Made by a program: the position numbers and the translations under genes. From NCBI GenBank assembly GCA_015654595.1, contig JAATGQ010000125.1:1209-65208 (forward strand): 64,000 nt of DNA. The letters are read 5' to 3'. A model generated the notes under the pieces. It had not been told where the DNA came from. It ran no database searches and saw only the letters and a list, made by a program, of their open reading frames with translations. This DNA is from Chitinophagales bacterium (GTDB taxonomy: Bacteria; Bacteroidota; Bacteroidia; Chitinophagales; Chitinophagaceae). Of the stretch, positions 53,355-64,000 are shown one piece after another (position 1 is the first letter of the stretch; the number at the start of each line of letters is the position of its first letter).

Positions 53355-55862
53355 TTACGCCATCCCACCCAACAACGGGTCGCTGATCCCCTCTCTTCCC
53401 GTCTCCACTCTTCCCGCAAACCGCTCTTCAAACTCTTTATTCCCCTGCACCGTCACCGCAAAGTCGTACCAACTATGGCTGTCCGACAGGTTCAGTACTA
53501 TTTCCTTTTTGCTGCCTGCCGGCAATAGTACCTTCCGTTCTCCTTTTCCGTATGACCTATCCACGATCATTACCTTCTTCTCGGACCTTCCCATGTTCTG
53601 CAACGTTACCACCACATTTCCGGTCAGCCGCGATTCTCCCGCGCGTTCATAGGACGCCTGTATGGATACGCCCGAACCCTCGGCATTTCCTTGGAACTCC
53701 CGGAAGAACCCATTCGGTCCATAAGCCCGCAGGTGGTAACGCCCTCCATCAAATGCTGCGAGCGACCATTCGTCCGTCAGTGCATCCCCTGCCGAAACAC
53801 CATAGTTACGCCAGTGTAAACTTTCCGACCGGTAAGGGGTCATCGCATATACATAAAACGGTGCACCTGCCGACCGCCGCCCAAACATCGTATTCCCTGC
53901 TTTAAATGTCACTGAATAAATACCCCTCGATGAGTCCAGCCTACCATCCAGATACAACTCGTAGGGCAACGCACAGGCTAGCCGCGTCCCTTTCTCCTGC
54001 GCCGGCAAAATAGCCAAGGGCAATTGGCCCTTCTTAGCCTGCGCAATCTCATCGTCAGTGAACTTATGAAACCCACTCGGCAACGCCTTATATTGTGCCT
54101 CATTCACCTGCTCGATAAAGGCCGTCCTATTGATAAAGGCAGGCTGCTCGATAGGCTCTCCATTGTAAGGCCTGAACGCCGATGTCAGATCGCCGCTGAT
54201 CGTCCGCCTCCATGTTGAAATATTGGGTTCTTTTATCTCCTTCCCCGTCTTATGCGCCAGCCACTTTTCGAGAAACTGCAACGATGACGTGTGGTCGAAC
54301 ACCTCCGAACACACATACCCGCCCCGCGTCCATGGGCTCGCGATAACCATCGGTACCCGGTAGCCCAGACCAATCGGCCCTTCACGCAGTAGTGCCGCGG
54401 ATTTTGATGGGTTTACCTGCTCGTCGTTCAGCACATACTCTGGTTTAAGATCTATACCTGTCGATACCTTCCCTGTCTCCGCCTTCGTTGGGTGCGGCGA
54501 CACAAACGGTACCATATGGTCAAAAAAGCCGTCATTTTCGTCATACGTCAGCACCACCACCGTTTTCTTCCACACTTCCGGGTTCTTCAGCAATATGTCC
54601 ATCACCTCGCTGACGTACCACGGCCCGAACCAGGGCTCAGCCGGGTGATCCGAAAAATTACCCGGCGCACTGAGCCAGGACACAGCCGGCAACTTTCCAT
54701 TCTCCACGTCCTGCCGGAACTGGTGAAGCACATCTCCTTTCGGAATATTGATCGAGCGACGATCTGCCCCTTCGCCATATTCCAGTGATGTCACCGAATG
54801 GTAATCCGGATCACCTGTATTCAACGTAAATGCCCGGTCCATCAGAGCCTTTTGTTCCGGAGATAAAGCATTGTACTTGTCCATAGTATATAACGCCTGG
54901 TCGGCCTCGATATTCGCCAGCAGCTTCTTAGCCGCCGCCAGTTTTGTCGTAACCGACTCATCAGGGGATGGCGCCTCCTGTAAGCTCTCGATCAGTTTGA
55001 CCACCTGCTGGCGTTTCACTTCCAGATTGGCAATCCGCCCGGGCTGCAACCGTACATTATACTGCCCGAAGAACTCCAGCATATTCGTTCCGAAATTGCC
55101 AAGCCATTCCCCGTTCTCGATACCGAATCCCATGGAGAGTTCGTTTTGGTAAATCTTCCACGGTACTCCGGCTTCCTGCAAACGCTCCGGGTAGGTCTTC
55201 CAACCCAACTCCGGTTTACGCGTATCGGTTATGTTCCAGACGTGCGCCTTGCTCGTCCCATCTGCCGGATTGTCCCGCAGCGCCCCTGAAATCCAGTGAT
55301 ACCGGTTGGAATGGGTACCCGTCAGGGAAGAACAAAAGTGCTGATCACAAACCGTAAAGGCATCTGCCAGCGAATAATAAAAAGGGAAATCATTCCTGTC
55401 TCCGAATCCCATCGTCAGCGGCATCTGCGCGTAATCCTTTTTCCGGGCGGCTTTCACCTCCAGCCACCGGTCATACTTGCCGCCGTTCAACGCGTCATGC
55501 TGATCGCTCCATCCGTGCGGCAAAGATCCCATCCAGGCAATCTTGGAATCATGGGTATTCAATCGGAACGGAGCATACGTCCCGCCCGCCGGATTTGTCT
55601 GCATCCATACCGGCAGACCATTTACCAGGCTCACCGCCCGTGGGTCATTGTACCCGCGGACACCCCGTAAACTTCCGAAAATATGATCAAAGGACCGGTT
55701 CTCCTGCATCAGGAAAACGATATGCTCCGCATCATAAAATGTGCTTCCCGGTGCTGGGTCAATGGCCAGCGCCTTTTGTATGACAGGCGGCAGCAGTTGG
55801 AATAGTGTCGCCCCACCCGATAACAGAGCTGCTTTCTTCAAAAATTCCCGACGTGAATCCAT
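53355..55862 (-). CDS. phosphocholine-specific phospholipase C (Tat-exported, DUF756 C-terminal domains)
   Basis: SRREFLK Tat signal; MQENRSFDH, AFTVCD, TYDENDGFFDH, GLGYRVP, FDHTS. Confidence 0.93.
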   Translation of the reverse strand: MDSRREFLKKAALLSGGATLFQLLPPVIQKALAIDPAPGSTFYDAEHIVFLMQENRSFDHIFGSLRGVRGYNDPRAVSLVNGLPVWMQTNPAGGTYAPFRLNTHDSKIAWMGSLPHGWSDQHDALNGGKYDRWLEVKAARKKDYAQMPLTMGFGDRNDFPFYYSLADAFTVCDQHFCSSLTGTHSNRYHWISGALRDNPADGTSKAHVWNITDTRKPELGWKTYPERLQEAGVPWKIYQNELSMGFGIENGEWLGNFGTNMLEFFGQYNVRLQPGRIANLEVKRQQVVKLIESLQEAPSPDESVTTKLAAAKKLLANIEADQALYTMDKYNALSPEQKALMDRAFTLNTGDPDYHSVTSLEYGEGADRRSINIPKGDVLHQFRQDVENGKLPAVSWLSAPGNFSDHPAEPWFGPWYVSEVMDILLKNPEVWKKTVVVLTYDENDGFFDHMVPFVSPHPTKAETGKVSTGIDLKPEYVLNDEQVNPSKSAALLREGPIGLGYRVPMVIASPWTRGGYVCSEVFDHTSSLQFLEKWLAHKTGKEIKEPNISTWRRTISGDLTSAFRPYNGEPIEQPAFINRTAFIEQVNEAQYKALPSGFHKFTDDEIAQAKKGQLPLAILPAQEKGTRLACALPYELYLDGRLDSSRGIYSVTFKAGNTMFGRRSAGAPFYVYAMTPYRSESLHWRNYGVSAGDALTDEWSLAAFDGGRYHLRAYGPNGFFREFQGNAEGSGVSIQASYERAGESRLTGNVVVTLQNMGRSEKKVMIVDRSYGKGERKVLLPAGSKKEIVLNLSDSHSWYDFAVTVQGNKEFEERFAGRVETGREGISDPLLGGMA

Positions 55863-56031
55863 TTATTTTGCTTTTACGGCAATAATAAGTGCCTGCCGTG
55901 GAAACATTCACCCGTTCATCCAATGTCACAAAGAATTCAAACGACGCCAGCCGCAGCAGCGCTATTCCCGATTCTATGCGACGTTTTTGGATACAGCCTC
56001 TTTATTCTTATGCGAGTAACCTAATGCCCCT

Positions 56032-57975
56032 TTATTCAACACTCGTCCTCGCCTCAATCTCCTCCTTCAAATCGGCTACTATTTCTTCAATCGATTTTGT
56101 ACCGATATCCCCCTTGCCCTGGCGGCGCACCGCAGCCTTGCCTTCAGCCTCTTCCTTTTCGCCAATCACCAGCATATAGGGTACTTTGGCCAGCTCGGTA
56201 TCCCGTATCTTCTTGCCTATTTTCTCGTTACGGTCGTCAATCTCTGCCCGTATGTCGGCCTTTTTCAATTGCTTCAATACGCTTTCGGCATAAGGCAAAA
56301 ATTTATCGCTGATGGGCAGCAATTTAACCTGCGTAGGCGTAAGCCAAAGCGGGAATTTGCCGGCGCAATGCTCGGTCAATACGGCGATAAACCGCTCCAT
56401 GCTACCAAACGGCGCACGATGTATCATAACAGGACGATGCTTGGCATTGTCTTCGCCAATATAGGTAAGATCAAAGCGCTCCGGCAGATTGTAATCCACC
56501 TGGATGGTACCCAGCTGCCACTTGCGGCCGATGGCATCTTTTACCATAAAATCAAGCTTGGGACCATAAAATGCAGCCTCGCCATATTCGGTTACCGTGG
56601 TCAATCCTTTTTCAGCAGCGGCTTCTATGATAGCCTGTTCTGCCTTTTCCCAGTTCTCGTCGCTGCCTATATATTTAGTCCGGTCATCCTTATCCCGCAA
56701 CGAAATTTGTGCTGTATAATCGGTAAAACCCAAAGATTTAAATACATACAAAACCAGGTCGATCACGGTCTTAAATTCTTCTTTTACCTGGCTGGGCATG
56801 CAAAATAAATGCGCATCATCCTGGGTAAAGCCACGCACACGGGTAAGCCCATGTAGTTCCCCATGCTGCTCGTAGCGGTACACGGTACCAAACTCAGCCA
56901 GGCGCAATGGCAGGTCCTTATAGCTTCTTGGTGATGTTTTATAGATTTCGCAATGATGCGGGCAGTTCATCGGTTTCAGCAAAAACTCCTCGCCTTCCTG
57001 CGGCGTTTTTATCGGCTGAAAGCTATCTTTCCCGTATTTTTCGTAGTGGCCGGATGTTACATACAAATTCTTGTGCCCGATATGCGGGGTAATGACAGGC
57101 AGATAGCCTGTATCCATTTGCGCTTTTTGCAAAAACTGTTGGAGCCGTTCGCGTAGCATAGCGCCTTTGGGCAGCCACAACGGCAGGCCCATGCCCACTC
57201 TTTCGGAGAAAGCAAACAGCTCCAGCTCTTTTCCCAACTTGCGGTGGTCGCGCTTCTTCGCCTCTTCCAGCATTACCAGGTATTCGTCCAGCTCTTTCTG
57301 GTTGGGGAAAGTGACGCCGTAAATGCGGGTTAGCTGCTTATTCTTTTCATCGCCTTTCCAATAGGCGCCGGCAATATTGGTTAGTTTAACCGCCTTAATA
57401 AAACCAGTGTGGGGAATGTGCGGGCCACGGCACAGGTCGGTAAAGTCGCCCTGAGTGTAGAAGGTAATGGTACCATCCTGCAGGTTTTGCAATAGGTCAA
57501 GCTTGTATTCATCGCCTTTTTCTGCAAAATAAGCGATGGCTTCCGCCTTGGGCATGGCTTTACGAACAAAAACCTCGTTCTTTTTAGCCAGCTCGCTCAT
57601 TTTTTTCTCCAGCTTCGCCAGGTCTTCTTCCGTCAGCTTGTTATCGCCCAGGTCGATATCGTAGTAAAAACCTTTTTCCAAGGCAGGACCTACCCAGAAT
57701 TTCACCCCGGGAAACAACGATTCGACTGCTTCGGCCATCAGATGAGCACTGCTATGCCAGAAAGTGTTTTTACCTTCTGCATCGTCCCATTTCAGGAAAT
57801 TAATGGTAGCATCTTCCGTTATCGTAGCCGACAGGTCTTTTACAATGCCATTTACTTTTGCTGCCAGCACATTGCGGGCCAGGCCTTCCGATATCGACTT
57901 GGCGACTTCAAGACCAGTTACGCTAGCTTCGTACTGGCGCACATTGCCATCGGGGAATGTAATGTTTATGCTCAT
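56032..57975 (-). CDS. thrS: threonine--tRNA ligase
   Basis: TGS domain, [44 protein letters not shown]. Confidence 0.98.
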   Translation of the reverse strand: MSINITFPDGNVRQYEASVTGLEVAKSISEGLARNVLAAKVNGIVKDLSATITEDATINFLKWDDAEGKNTFWHSSAHLMAEAVESLFPGVKFWVGPALEKGFYYDIDLGDNKLTEEDLAKLEKKMSELAKKNEVFVRKAMPKAEAIAYFAEKGDEYKLDLLQNLQDGTITFYTQGDFTDLCRGPHIPHTGFIKAVKLTNIAGAYWKGDEKNKQLTRIYGVTFPNQKELDEYLVMLEEAKKRDHRKLGKELELFAFSERVGMGLPLWLPKGAMLRERLQQFLQKAQMDTGYLPVITPHIGHKNLYVTSGHYEKYGKDSFQPIKTPQEGEEFLLKPMNCPHHCEIYKTSPRSYKDLPLRLAEFGTVYRYEQHGELHGLTRVRGFTQDDAHLFCMPSQVKEEFKTVIDLVLYVFKSLGFTDYTAQISLRDKDDRTKYIGSDENWEKAEQAIIEAAAEKGLTTVTEYGEAAFYGPKLDFMVKDAIGRKWQLGTIQVDYNLPERFDLTYIGEDNAKHRPVMIHRAPFGSMERFIAVLTEHCAGKFPLWLTPTQVKLLPISDKFLPYAESVLKQLKKADIRAEIDDRNEKIGKKIRDTELAKVPYMLVIGEKEEAEGKAAVRRQGKGDIGTKSIEEIVADLKEEIEARTSVE

Positions 57976-58240
57976 TTTGTAATATTTGCGTCAGGCATTT
58001 CCGGTATATTGTTTCGATTATTCCGTAGTGTCCACCTCTCAGGCATTTGAAAGTGTCGCAAAATTAACAAACATTGCCCTCATTTATGGGGCTTATCAAA
58101 TTCAGCAAGAAAATCGAAGACCCGGCAGCTTGTAAAAACGGCGATGCCCCGGTAAGATGAATTGCTTCCGGACGGGGACAGCAGGCACGCCGCATCCGGG
58201 CGACGGCTCTCATATCCTTTGATTTGTTTACTTTTGTTTC

Positions 58241-59113
58241 GTGGGAACAAACTCAACAGATGAAGTCATCCGGAAACTTCAGGAAACCGCAAACCCGGAC
58301 CAAAGCGTAAGGGTGCATAAGATCGATGCGTCGACATCCGGTCATCTGCCTTTTAGCAGACGCGACTATTATAAGGTATGGATGACCACCGGCAAAGGCT
58401 TTATCCACTACGCAAGCCGTTCGATCGCCATTACGGGGTCCACCCTCATCTTCTCGAATCCGCTGGTCCCCTATTCCCTCGAACTGGAACGGCAAGGCCC
58501 TACCTATACCTGTATGTTTAAGGAAGAATTTCTAAAGACACAGGGACGTAACGAGCCCATACAGGACTCCTCCCTATTCAAGATCGGCAGCGATCCCGTC
58601 TTCCCTCTCAACGCCGCTCAAGCCGGGAATATTCGCGGCCTATATGAAAAAATGCTGGCTGAAATGGAATCCGCCTACACCTTTCGGTTCGACATCATCC
58701 GAAACTATCTCAACCTGCTGATCTATGAGGGGCTCAAAATGAAACCCTCCGTAAGCGCGATAAAATATAACAGCGCAGCCGAAAGGATTGCCACTCTTTT
58801 CCTGGAGCTGCTTGACCGGCAATTTCCCATCGACTCGCTCCAGCGCACGCTTTCCCTGAAGAAACCAAGCGACTATGCCGTCAACCTTTCCGTCCACGTC
58901 AACCACCTTAACCACGCGGTACGGGAGACCACCGGCAAGTCTACCACCCAGCATATAAATGACCGCGTTATCAACGAGGCAAAAGCCCTGCTCGTCCACT
59001 CGGACTGGAGTATATCGGAGATCGCCTATAGCCTCGGCTTCGAATATCCCAACTACTTCAGCAACTTTTTCAGAAAAAACACCGGCGTCACCCCCTTGTC
59101 GTTAAGAAAGTAA
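58241..59113 (+). CDS. AraC family transcriptional regulator
   Basis: RRDYYK N-terminus; HVNHLN..TGKS, ISEIAYSLGFEYPNYFSNFFRK. Confidence 0.92.
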   Translation: MGTNSTDEVIRKLQETANPDQSVRVHKIDASTSGHLPFSRRDYYKVWMTTGKGFIHYASRSIAITGSTLIFSNPLVPYSLELERQGPTYTCMFKEEFLKTQGRNEPIQDSSLFKIGSDPVFPLNAAQAGNIRGLYEKMLAEMESAYTFRFDIIRNYLNLLIYEGLKMKPSVSAIKYNSAAERIATLFLELLDRQFPIDSLQRTLSLKKPSDYAVNLSVHVNHLNHAVRETTGKSTTQHINDRVINEAKALLVHSDWSISEIAYSLGFEYPNYFSNFFRKNTGVTPLSLRK

Positions 59114-59115
59114 TT

Positions 59116-59180
59116 CTTTGAATTTTATACTCTTTACTTTGATTCTATTATAAATAGCTTCCAACCCGCTTCTAATTTTG
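59116..59180 (+). promoter_or_regulatory. tandem AraC-type sites plus -7 box for the aldo/keto reductase
   Basis: CTTTGA at 59116 and 59137 (21 bp apart); TAATTTTG at 59173. Confidence 0.5.
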
Positions 59181-59205
59181 CTATACGTAAAATAAAATAG
59201 CAATC

Positions 59206-60225
59206 ATGAAGTACAATCTATTAGGGAATACCGGACTGAAAGTATCCGAGCTTTGTCTGGGGACCATGACATTCGGGGGAAAAGGATTTTTCAAGGTAAT
59301 TGGCAGCCTGGGCCAGGCGACAGCCGACGAATTGGTAAAAAAGGCCGTTGACGCGGGCATCAATTTTATAGATACCGCCAACGTCTATTCAGAGGGGATG
59401 TCCGAAGAGATCACGGGCCAGTCTATTCGTAACCTGGGTCTCGACAGACATGAACTGGTCCTGGCTACAAAAGTTGCCGGTAAGATGGGGCCCGGTCCCA
59501 ACGACGTAGGTCTTACCAGAAAACACATCATCCAGCAGGCGGATGAAAGCCTTAGACGTTTAAAGACCGACTATATCGACCTTTACCAGATACACGGCTA
59601 CGATCCGATCACCCCGCTGGAAGAAACTATCCGCGCGCTCGACGACCTGGTCCGCAGCGGCAAGGTCCGCTATATCGGAGCCAGCAATATAGCCGCCTGG
59701 CACCTGATGAAGGCCCTTGCCTACTCGACCTGGAATCAAAAAGAAAGGTTTGTCTCCTTACAAGCTCATTATACCATTGCCACCCGCGATATGGAACGCG
59801 AGCTTATCCCGCTGCTGAAAGACCAGCAGGTCGGTCTGATGGTGTGGAGTCCACTGGCCGGGGGATTCCTGAGCGGCAAATACCAACGGAACGCCACCGG
59901 CGAACAGGGAAGAAGAAACGAGAATTGGGACTTCCCTCCTCTGAATAAAAGCAAGGCCTTCGACATTATCGAAGCCCTCGAACCCATGGCCAAGGCAAAG
60001 AACTCAACCGTTGCTCAACTCGCATTGGCCTGGCTGCTGCACCAGTCTGTCGTCACCAGCGTGATCATCGGCGCCAACAAAACCGAACAGCTCGACGACA
60101 ACCTAAAAGCCATCGAAGTCAGGTTTACTCCAGAGGAACTGGCAGCATTGGATAAAATAAGCCAGTTACCAGGAGAATATCCTGCCTGGATGATACAGAG
60201 ACAATCGGTCGGAAGGATCAGCTAA
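59206..60225 (+). CDS. aldo/keto reductase
   Basis: LGTMTFG, DTANVY, DYIDLYQIH, GKVRYIGASN, WSPLAGG. Confidence 0.94.
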   Translation: MKYNLLGNTGLKVSELCLGTMTFGGKGFFKVIGSLGQATADELVKKAVDAGINFIDTANVYSEGMSEEITGQSIRNLGLDRHELVLATKVAGKMGPGPNDVGLTRKHIIQQADESLRRLKTDYIDLYQIHGYDPITPLEETIRALDDLVRSGKVRYIGASNIAAWHLMKALAYSTWNQKERFVSLQAHYTIATRDMERELIPLLKDQQVGLMVWSPLAGGFLSGKYQRNATGEQGRRNENWDFPPLNKSKAFDIIEALEPMAKAKNSTVAQLALAWLLHQSVVTSVIIGANKTEQLDDNLKAIEVRFTPEELAALDKISQLPGEYPAWMIQRQSVGRIS

Positions 60226-60376
60226 AAAACCGGCCGAAACGCCGGCCGTTCCAGGGCAGATCTTCAATAAAATCGGCGATGGCTGGTCAGACCGCCGTCT
60301 GTCGCAGGGCAGGCCTCGATAAAAACCGCGCCGGCCGAAACAGCGTCTGCTGCAAGGCAGGCCCCCCAATAAAAAC
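60226..60376. repeat. degenerate ~50-bp tandem repeat in a convergent intergenic region
   Basis: CAGGGCAGATCTTCAATAAAATC (60252), CAGGGCAGGCCTCGATAAAAACC (60305), CAAGGCAGGCCCCCCAATAAAAAC (60353). Confidence 0.55.
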
Positions 60377-60463
60377 AGCCTGTGAACGGCAGCCCCGCCG
60401 CCACAGGCTGTAAGTTTTTCAGGATAATGGCCCCTTTCTATAGGTCTGGAGTAAACAAGAAAA

Positions 60464-61444
60464 CTAATAGTATAAGAGCATCCGCCACTCTTCCATCTGG
60501 AATTTGGCTCCGCCGCCATTATTCTGGGCAACCAGCAGACGGTAGATCTTATGAGAGGTGTTATCCGGCTGATTGAGCTCGAATTTCACGGTCTGATAAC
60601 GGGCTGAGAATAAATAACTGCTGCGGCTATCCAGTGTTATCCAGGTTTGCCCATCATCTGATCCCTGTAATTGCCAGGTATAAGGATCTCTTTCCGGAGA
60701 GTCATTCCCAGAAGTAAGCGTATAAGCACTAAGCGCCTGTGGAGCAGGAAAGGCCAGCTGCATCCAGAAGCTGGTCGTGTTAAAGCCCGCGGTATAGAAT
60801 TTCGTTGTGTAGTCGTTATCCACCAGGTGCGAGGAGCCTTCTGTCGACGTTGAGCCGGCAGCATTTTCATTACTCACGGTCAGGGTGGCCTGGGCGGTGA
60901 CATCCCGCGACCGGATCAACAGGGAATCTATTTTGAAATAGGCGATATCCAATGTTGTGTCCAGTCTGCCGCTGGAAACGCTGGCAATGCGTATAGGCAG
61001 TAAATACCCTTTGCTGGATTGGAGCTTGGAAGGATCAATGGAAAGCGTCAGCGGCGCGGATACTGATTCTCCTTTATGGATGGTCGTGGACAACGCGGAA
61101 ATGGTATAGGATCCTTCGGGCAATGCGGCAAAGTTATAATTCCGGTAAGCATTGTCAGCATTATACTGCTGAATAAGGGACGTGTCCGTAACAAAGGTGA
61201 CAGTCAGGTCTTTGGACGCGCCATGAAAACCTCCTACTGCAGCGCCGAAGGTAGCGCTCTGTATGGAGTCTACTTTGTAAACGGTCAGCACCGACCTGTC
61301 CGCGTAGGCAGAAGGCATATATACCGATCCCTCATCATTGGAATATAGAGTGCTGGATTTGACACAACCAAATGTCATCAGCGCCAGCGCTGCGGCTATG
61401 ATATAGCGGAATGCAGAGAAAGCTGCGAAGCTTATATTTTTCAT
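60464..61444 (-). CDS. DUF1735 plus discoidin/F5-8-like lipoprotein (PUL surface glycan-binding type)
   Basis: Lipobox TFGC, YLLPIRI DUF1735 motif, YTLTSGND..RDPYTWQLQGSDDG..W. Confidence 0.82.
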   Translation of the reverse strand: MKNISFAAFSAFRYIIAAALALMTFGCVKSSTLYSNDEGSVYMPSAYADRSVLTVYKVDSIQSATFGAAVGGFHGASKDLTVTFVTDTSLIQQYNADNAYRNYNFAALPEGSYTISALSTTIHKGESVSAPLTLSIDPSKLQSSKGYLLPIRIASVSSGRLDTTLDIAYFKIDSLLIRSRDVTAQATLTVSNENAAGSTSTEGSSHLVDNDYTTKFYTAGFNTTSFWMQLAFPAPQALSAYTLTSGNDSPERDPYTWQLQGSDDGQTWITLDSRSSYLFSARYQTVKFELNQPDNTSHKIYRLLVAQNNGGGAKFQMEEWRMLLYY

Positions 61445-61475
61445 TCTATTGTTTTTTGAGTATTAGGGACTATCG

Positions 61476-63329
61476 TTACCATCCGGGATTTTGTACCAGC
61501 TTCGAGTCCTTTCTTACTTCGGAGCTTGGGATGGGCCATAGATAATCCCGATCCTGAAAGCGAATGTTCTGTACCAGGGTCTTCTGATAGAAAGCATTTC
61601 CATTGCCATAGGCATTCATACCGTATACAGGCTGATTCAGATAAGTACCAGCCAGTTTCCATCTCCGGAGATCGAAGTAACGCACTTCTTCAAAGGCCAG
61701 CTCGACCTGTCTCTCGTGGCGGATCATTTCCCTTGTGCCATCCTGGGTTGCAGGCGCTGCTATCTGGTCGCTTCCCGCGCCATAGCCTGGCACACCGGCT
61801 CTTGCGCGGACCAGGTTGACGTATTTCAGGATATCGGGGTTGCCCGGATCGTATTCATTCAGCGCTTCGGCATAATCGAGGTAGATCTGCGCCAGCCGCA
61901 GATAGCACCAGCCTCTGTTACTCCGGGATTGCGTAATATTCTTCCGCACCAGGTATCCCGTAGCCTAGAAGTCGGTGCTGCTCTGTATCCTACCCGACGA
62001 ACCGCTGTAGGTAAAATCGGAGACCACTTCTGTAGCGCTGCTCCCCTGATCAAGCCACAGGGAATTGTTGTAGGTGACTCCTACATAAAAACGGGGTTCT
62101 CAGTTTACCCATTGATTGAAGGTGCTCCGCGCCTTTACATCATAGGGGTTTTTAAAGGTAGTAAAGCCCGATTGCTGGTATCCGGAAGCGGGATCCGTAA
62201 TGGGCAGACCGTTATTCATAAAGTAGGCGTCGACCATGGACTGGTTAACGGAATAGAACCCCAGCCCAACGGTGACGTTGACATATCCGACAAGCTTTGG
62301 AGATGCCTGGTTGACATAAGAGCCTACGGTGCTGCAATAGGATTTACCAAAGATCCATTCGGAATTCCAGTCTGTCGTCACCACGTCGCGACAGGCCTTG
62401 TATGCGGCATTAAAGGCGTTGGTATCCGCAACGGTATAAAGGTTATAGGTGGTGGGAACAAATTCATCAATGAAGGCCTTGGCGGCATCCGCGGCCGTCT
62501 TCCACTTCTGCTGGTCGTATGTCTGGTTGGCAAGCGGTGTTCCGTCGGTATTCTTCAGGGAGGTCAGCGAAGGATTGCCGTTGAATAAAGGGCTTGCTGC
62601 CAGCATCAATACTTGTTCTTTATAGGCCTTGCATATCCCGGTGGTGACCCGGCCATATTCCAGGTTTAATGGCTGGCTCGGGAGCTGTGTTGACGTTCCG
62701 CTGGCATTGATCTCATCATAGGCGGAGTCCAGCTGGTGTGAGATATAGTTTACACAACTGTCAAAAGGCGCTCTTTGCTGAAACAGCTGCTCATCGGAGG
62801 CATCAACCGGCAAAATATTGGGCAGGATCACGACCGGTCCGTACAACCGCAACATCCAGAAGTAGAAGATCGCACGCATGGCTCTTGCTTCTCCTTTGTA
62901 ATGGAGTTTCAGGTAGTCACTGACCTGGGCCGGGTTTGCGCCGTCTATTTTGTTGATAAAGTCAGTAGCGGTCCGTACCGGCTTGTAAAATTCGGGCCAT
63001 AGGTACTCAAACGTCGTAAAGGAAGGCGACAGCGTGTTGAACATAAAGTTCGTCGACGTAAATTCTGGATGGGAAAAGTAATTCGCATCATCGCAGATAT
63101 AGTTGTAGTAACCGTCGTGTCCGCCATTGCCGGTTCTGTTATTGGTATAAGGATCCGGGATGTTTGCATAGACTTGTGCCAGGTACTCTTTGACGTTGGT
63201 GAGATTGGAAAAGATAGAATCTGCCGGTAAAGAGTCGTTTGGAATATCGTTCAGATATTTTTTACAGGAGCCGAAAGCCGACAAAAGCAGCAGGCCTGCG
63301 AAAGCTGAAAGAAGATGTTTTATGTTCAT
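61476..63329 (-). pseudogene. RagB/SusD lipoprotein interrupted by two in-frame stops
   Basis: One continuous frame; TGA at 62100-62102 (WVN*EPRFY) and TAG at 61965-61967 (TDF*ATGYLVRK); ends QNPGW. Confidence 0.85.
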
Positions 63330-63339
63330 GATGCTTTTT

Positions 63340-64000
63340 TTAGAAATGAGTCTGGAAGCCGATCGAAAAATTTCTGGTGTTGGGATAGGAGTTGCCGTCG
63401 CCGGTATTCAGCTCGGGATCCCAGAGCTTGAAGGGGCTCCAGTAGAACAGGTTGATCGCGGTAACATAAAAACGGGCATCCTGAACGCCTGTCTTTTTAA
63501 ATAGCTTGTTCTGAGGAATATTGTAGCCCATGTCCAAGGTTTTGAAGCGGACAAAGGAAATATCCTTTACCCACCAGGTGCTGGCCACATTGTTATTGGC
63601 ATTGGCAGAAGAGCCATACCCCAGTCTGGGATAGAAAGGATGTGTCGCGTGATTTTCTTCTGTCCATCTGTCCTCCGCGTTGGCAAAAAGGTTGTTGTCC
63701 GCTCCGCCAGCGAAGGGCGAACGGGCGATGTCGGACATCATGCGCTGCGCTCCTTCGATAGCCTGGAAGAAGGCGCTCAGATAGAAATTGGAGTAGTTAA
63801 CATTGAACCCAGCGCCAAAGGTCCACCTGGGAACGTCACCTGTAGAGATAGTCGTCTGGTCGTAGGCGTTGACTACGCCATCGCCGTTGAGGTCCTTGTA
63901 TTTGAGGTCTCCCACCCTTGGCTTTCCACCGATACCGGATTGATCGGCATGGTTATCGATCTGTGCCTGAGATTGAAAAATACCTTCTGCAATATAGCCC
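63340..64000 (-). CDS. SusC/RagA TonB-dependent receptor, C-terminal part
   Basis: GDLKYKDLNGDGVV, SFVRFK, WDPE, YPNTRNFSIGFQTHF; 5' end outside window. Confidence 0.93.
   Translation of the reverse strand, partial: GYIAEGIFQSQAQIDNHADQSGIGGKPRVGDLKYKDLNGDGVVNAYDQTTISTGDVPRWTFGAGFNVNYSNFYLSAFFQAIEGAQRMMSDIARSPFAGGADNNLFANAEDRWTEENHATHPFYPRLGYGSSANANNNVASTWWVKDISFVRFKTLDMGYNIPQNKLFKKTGVQDARFYVTAINLFYWSPFKLWDPELNTGDGNSYPNTRNFSIGFQTHF

Noticed and set aside
57976-58080. T-box riboswitch upstream of thrS
   Set aside because: The leader is too short, and no T-box consensus or terminator/antiterminator is visible.
60226-60400. Possible mini CRISPR array
   Set aside because: The repeats are degenerate, the intervening segments resemble each other, the period is irregular (53 and 48 bp), and there are no cas genes in the window.
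41638-62102. Stop-codon reassignment or selenocysteine/pyrrolysine explaining the three in-frame stops
   Set aside because: The expected residues differ (Gly, Arg, probably Ser), two different codons are involved, and TGA and TAG terminate many intact genes in this window.

Overview
This is a 64-kb chromosomal window from a Bacteroidota bacterium, probably Chitinophagaceae-like. That is an inference from the SusC/SusD pairs, the CcoN-CcoO fusion, the TAnnTTTG -7 promoter boxes and the general lack of Shine-Dalgarno sites. (1) A ~21-kb microaerobic respiration cluster (5.7-26.4 kb) holds three universal stress proteins, a YceI / outer-membrane beta-barrel / YceI trio, a FixL-like heme-PAS kinase, the full cbb3 oxidase set (ccoI-S-NO-Q-P-G-H plus a TauE/DsbD_2-like gene), a receiver-Crp/Fnr hybrid regulator, an acetyl-CoA hydrolase/transferase and hemN. 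Five promoters in this cluster share one architecture: TGAY-N4-RTCA boxes phased 22 bp apart, ending 23-24 bp before the -7 element. (2) A glutathionylspermidine-synthase-like ligase and an RGGFG lipoprotein lie near a polyamine-type APC permease. (3) There are two SusC/SusD loci. (4) Housekeeping genes are lysA, scpB, a stand-alone atpG, surE and thrS without infC. (5) A ~4.1-kb integrase-less islet is inserted in the 3' end of tRNA-Gln(TTG). Three genes are interrupted (FecR frameshift; in-frame stops in a DUF4442-like gene and the second SusD), which may be pseudogenisation or sequence error. No CRISPR array, rRNA or transposase was seen. All product calls are by eye from motifs; no searches were run.
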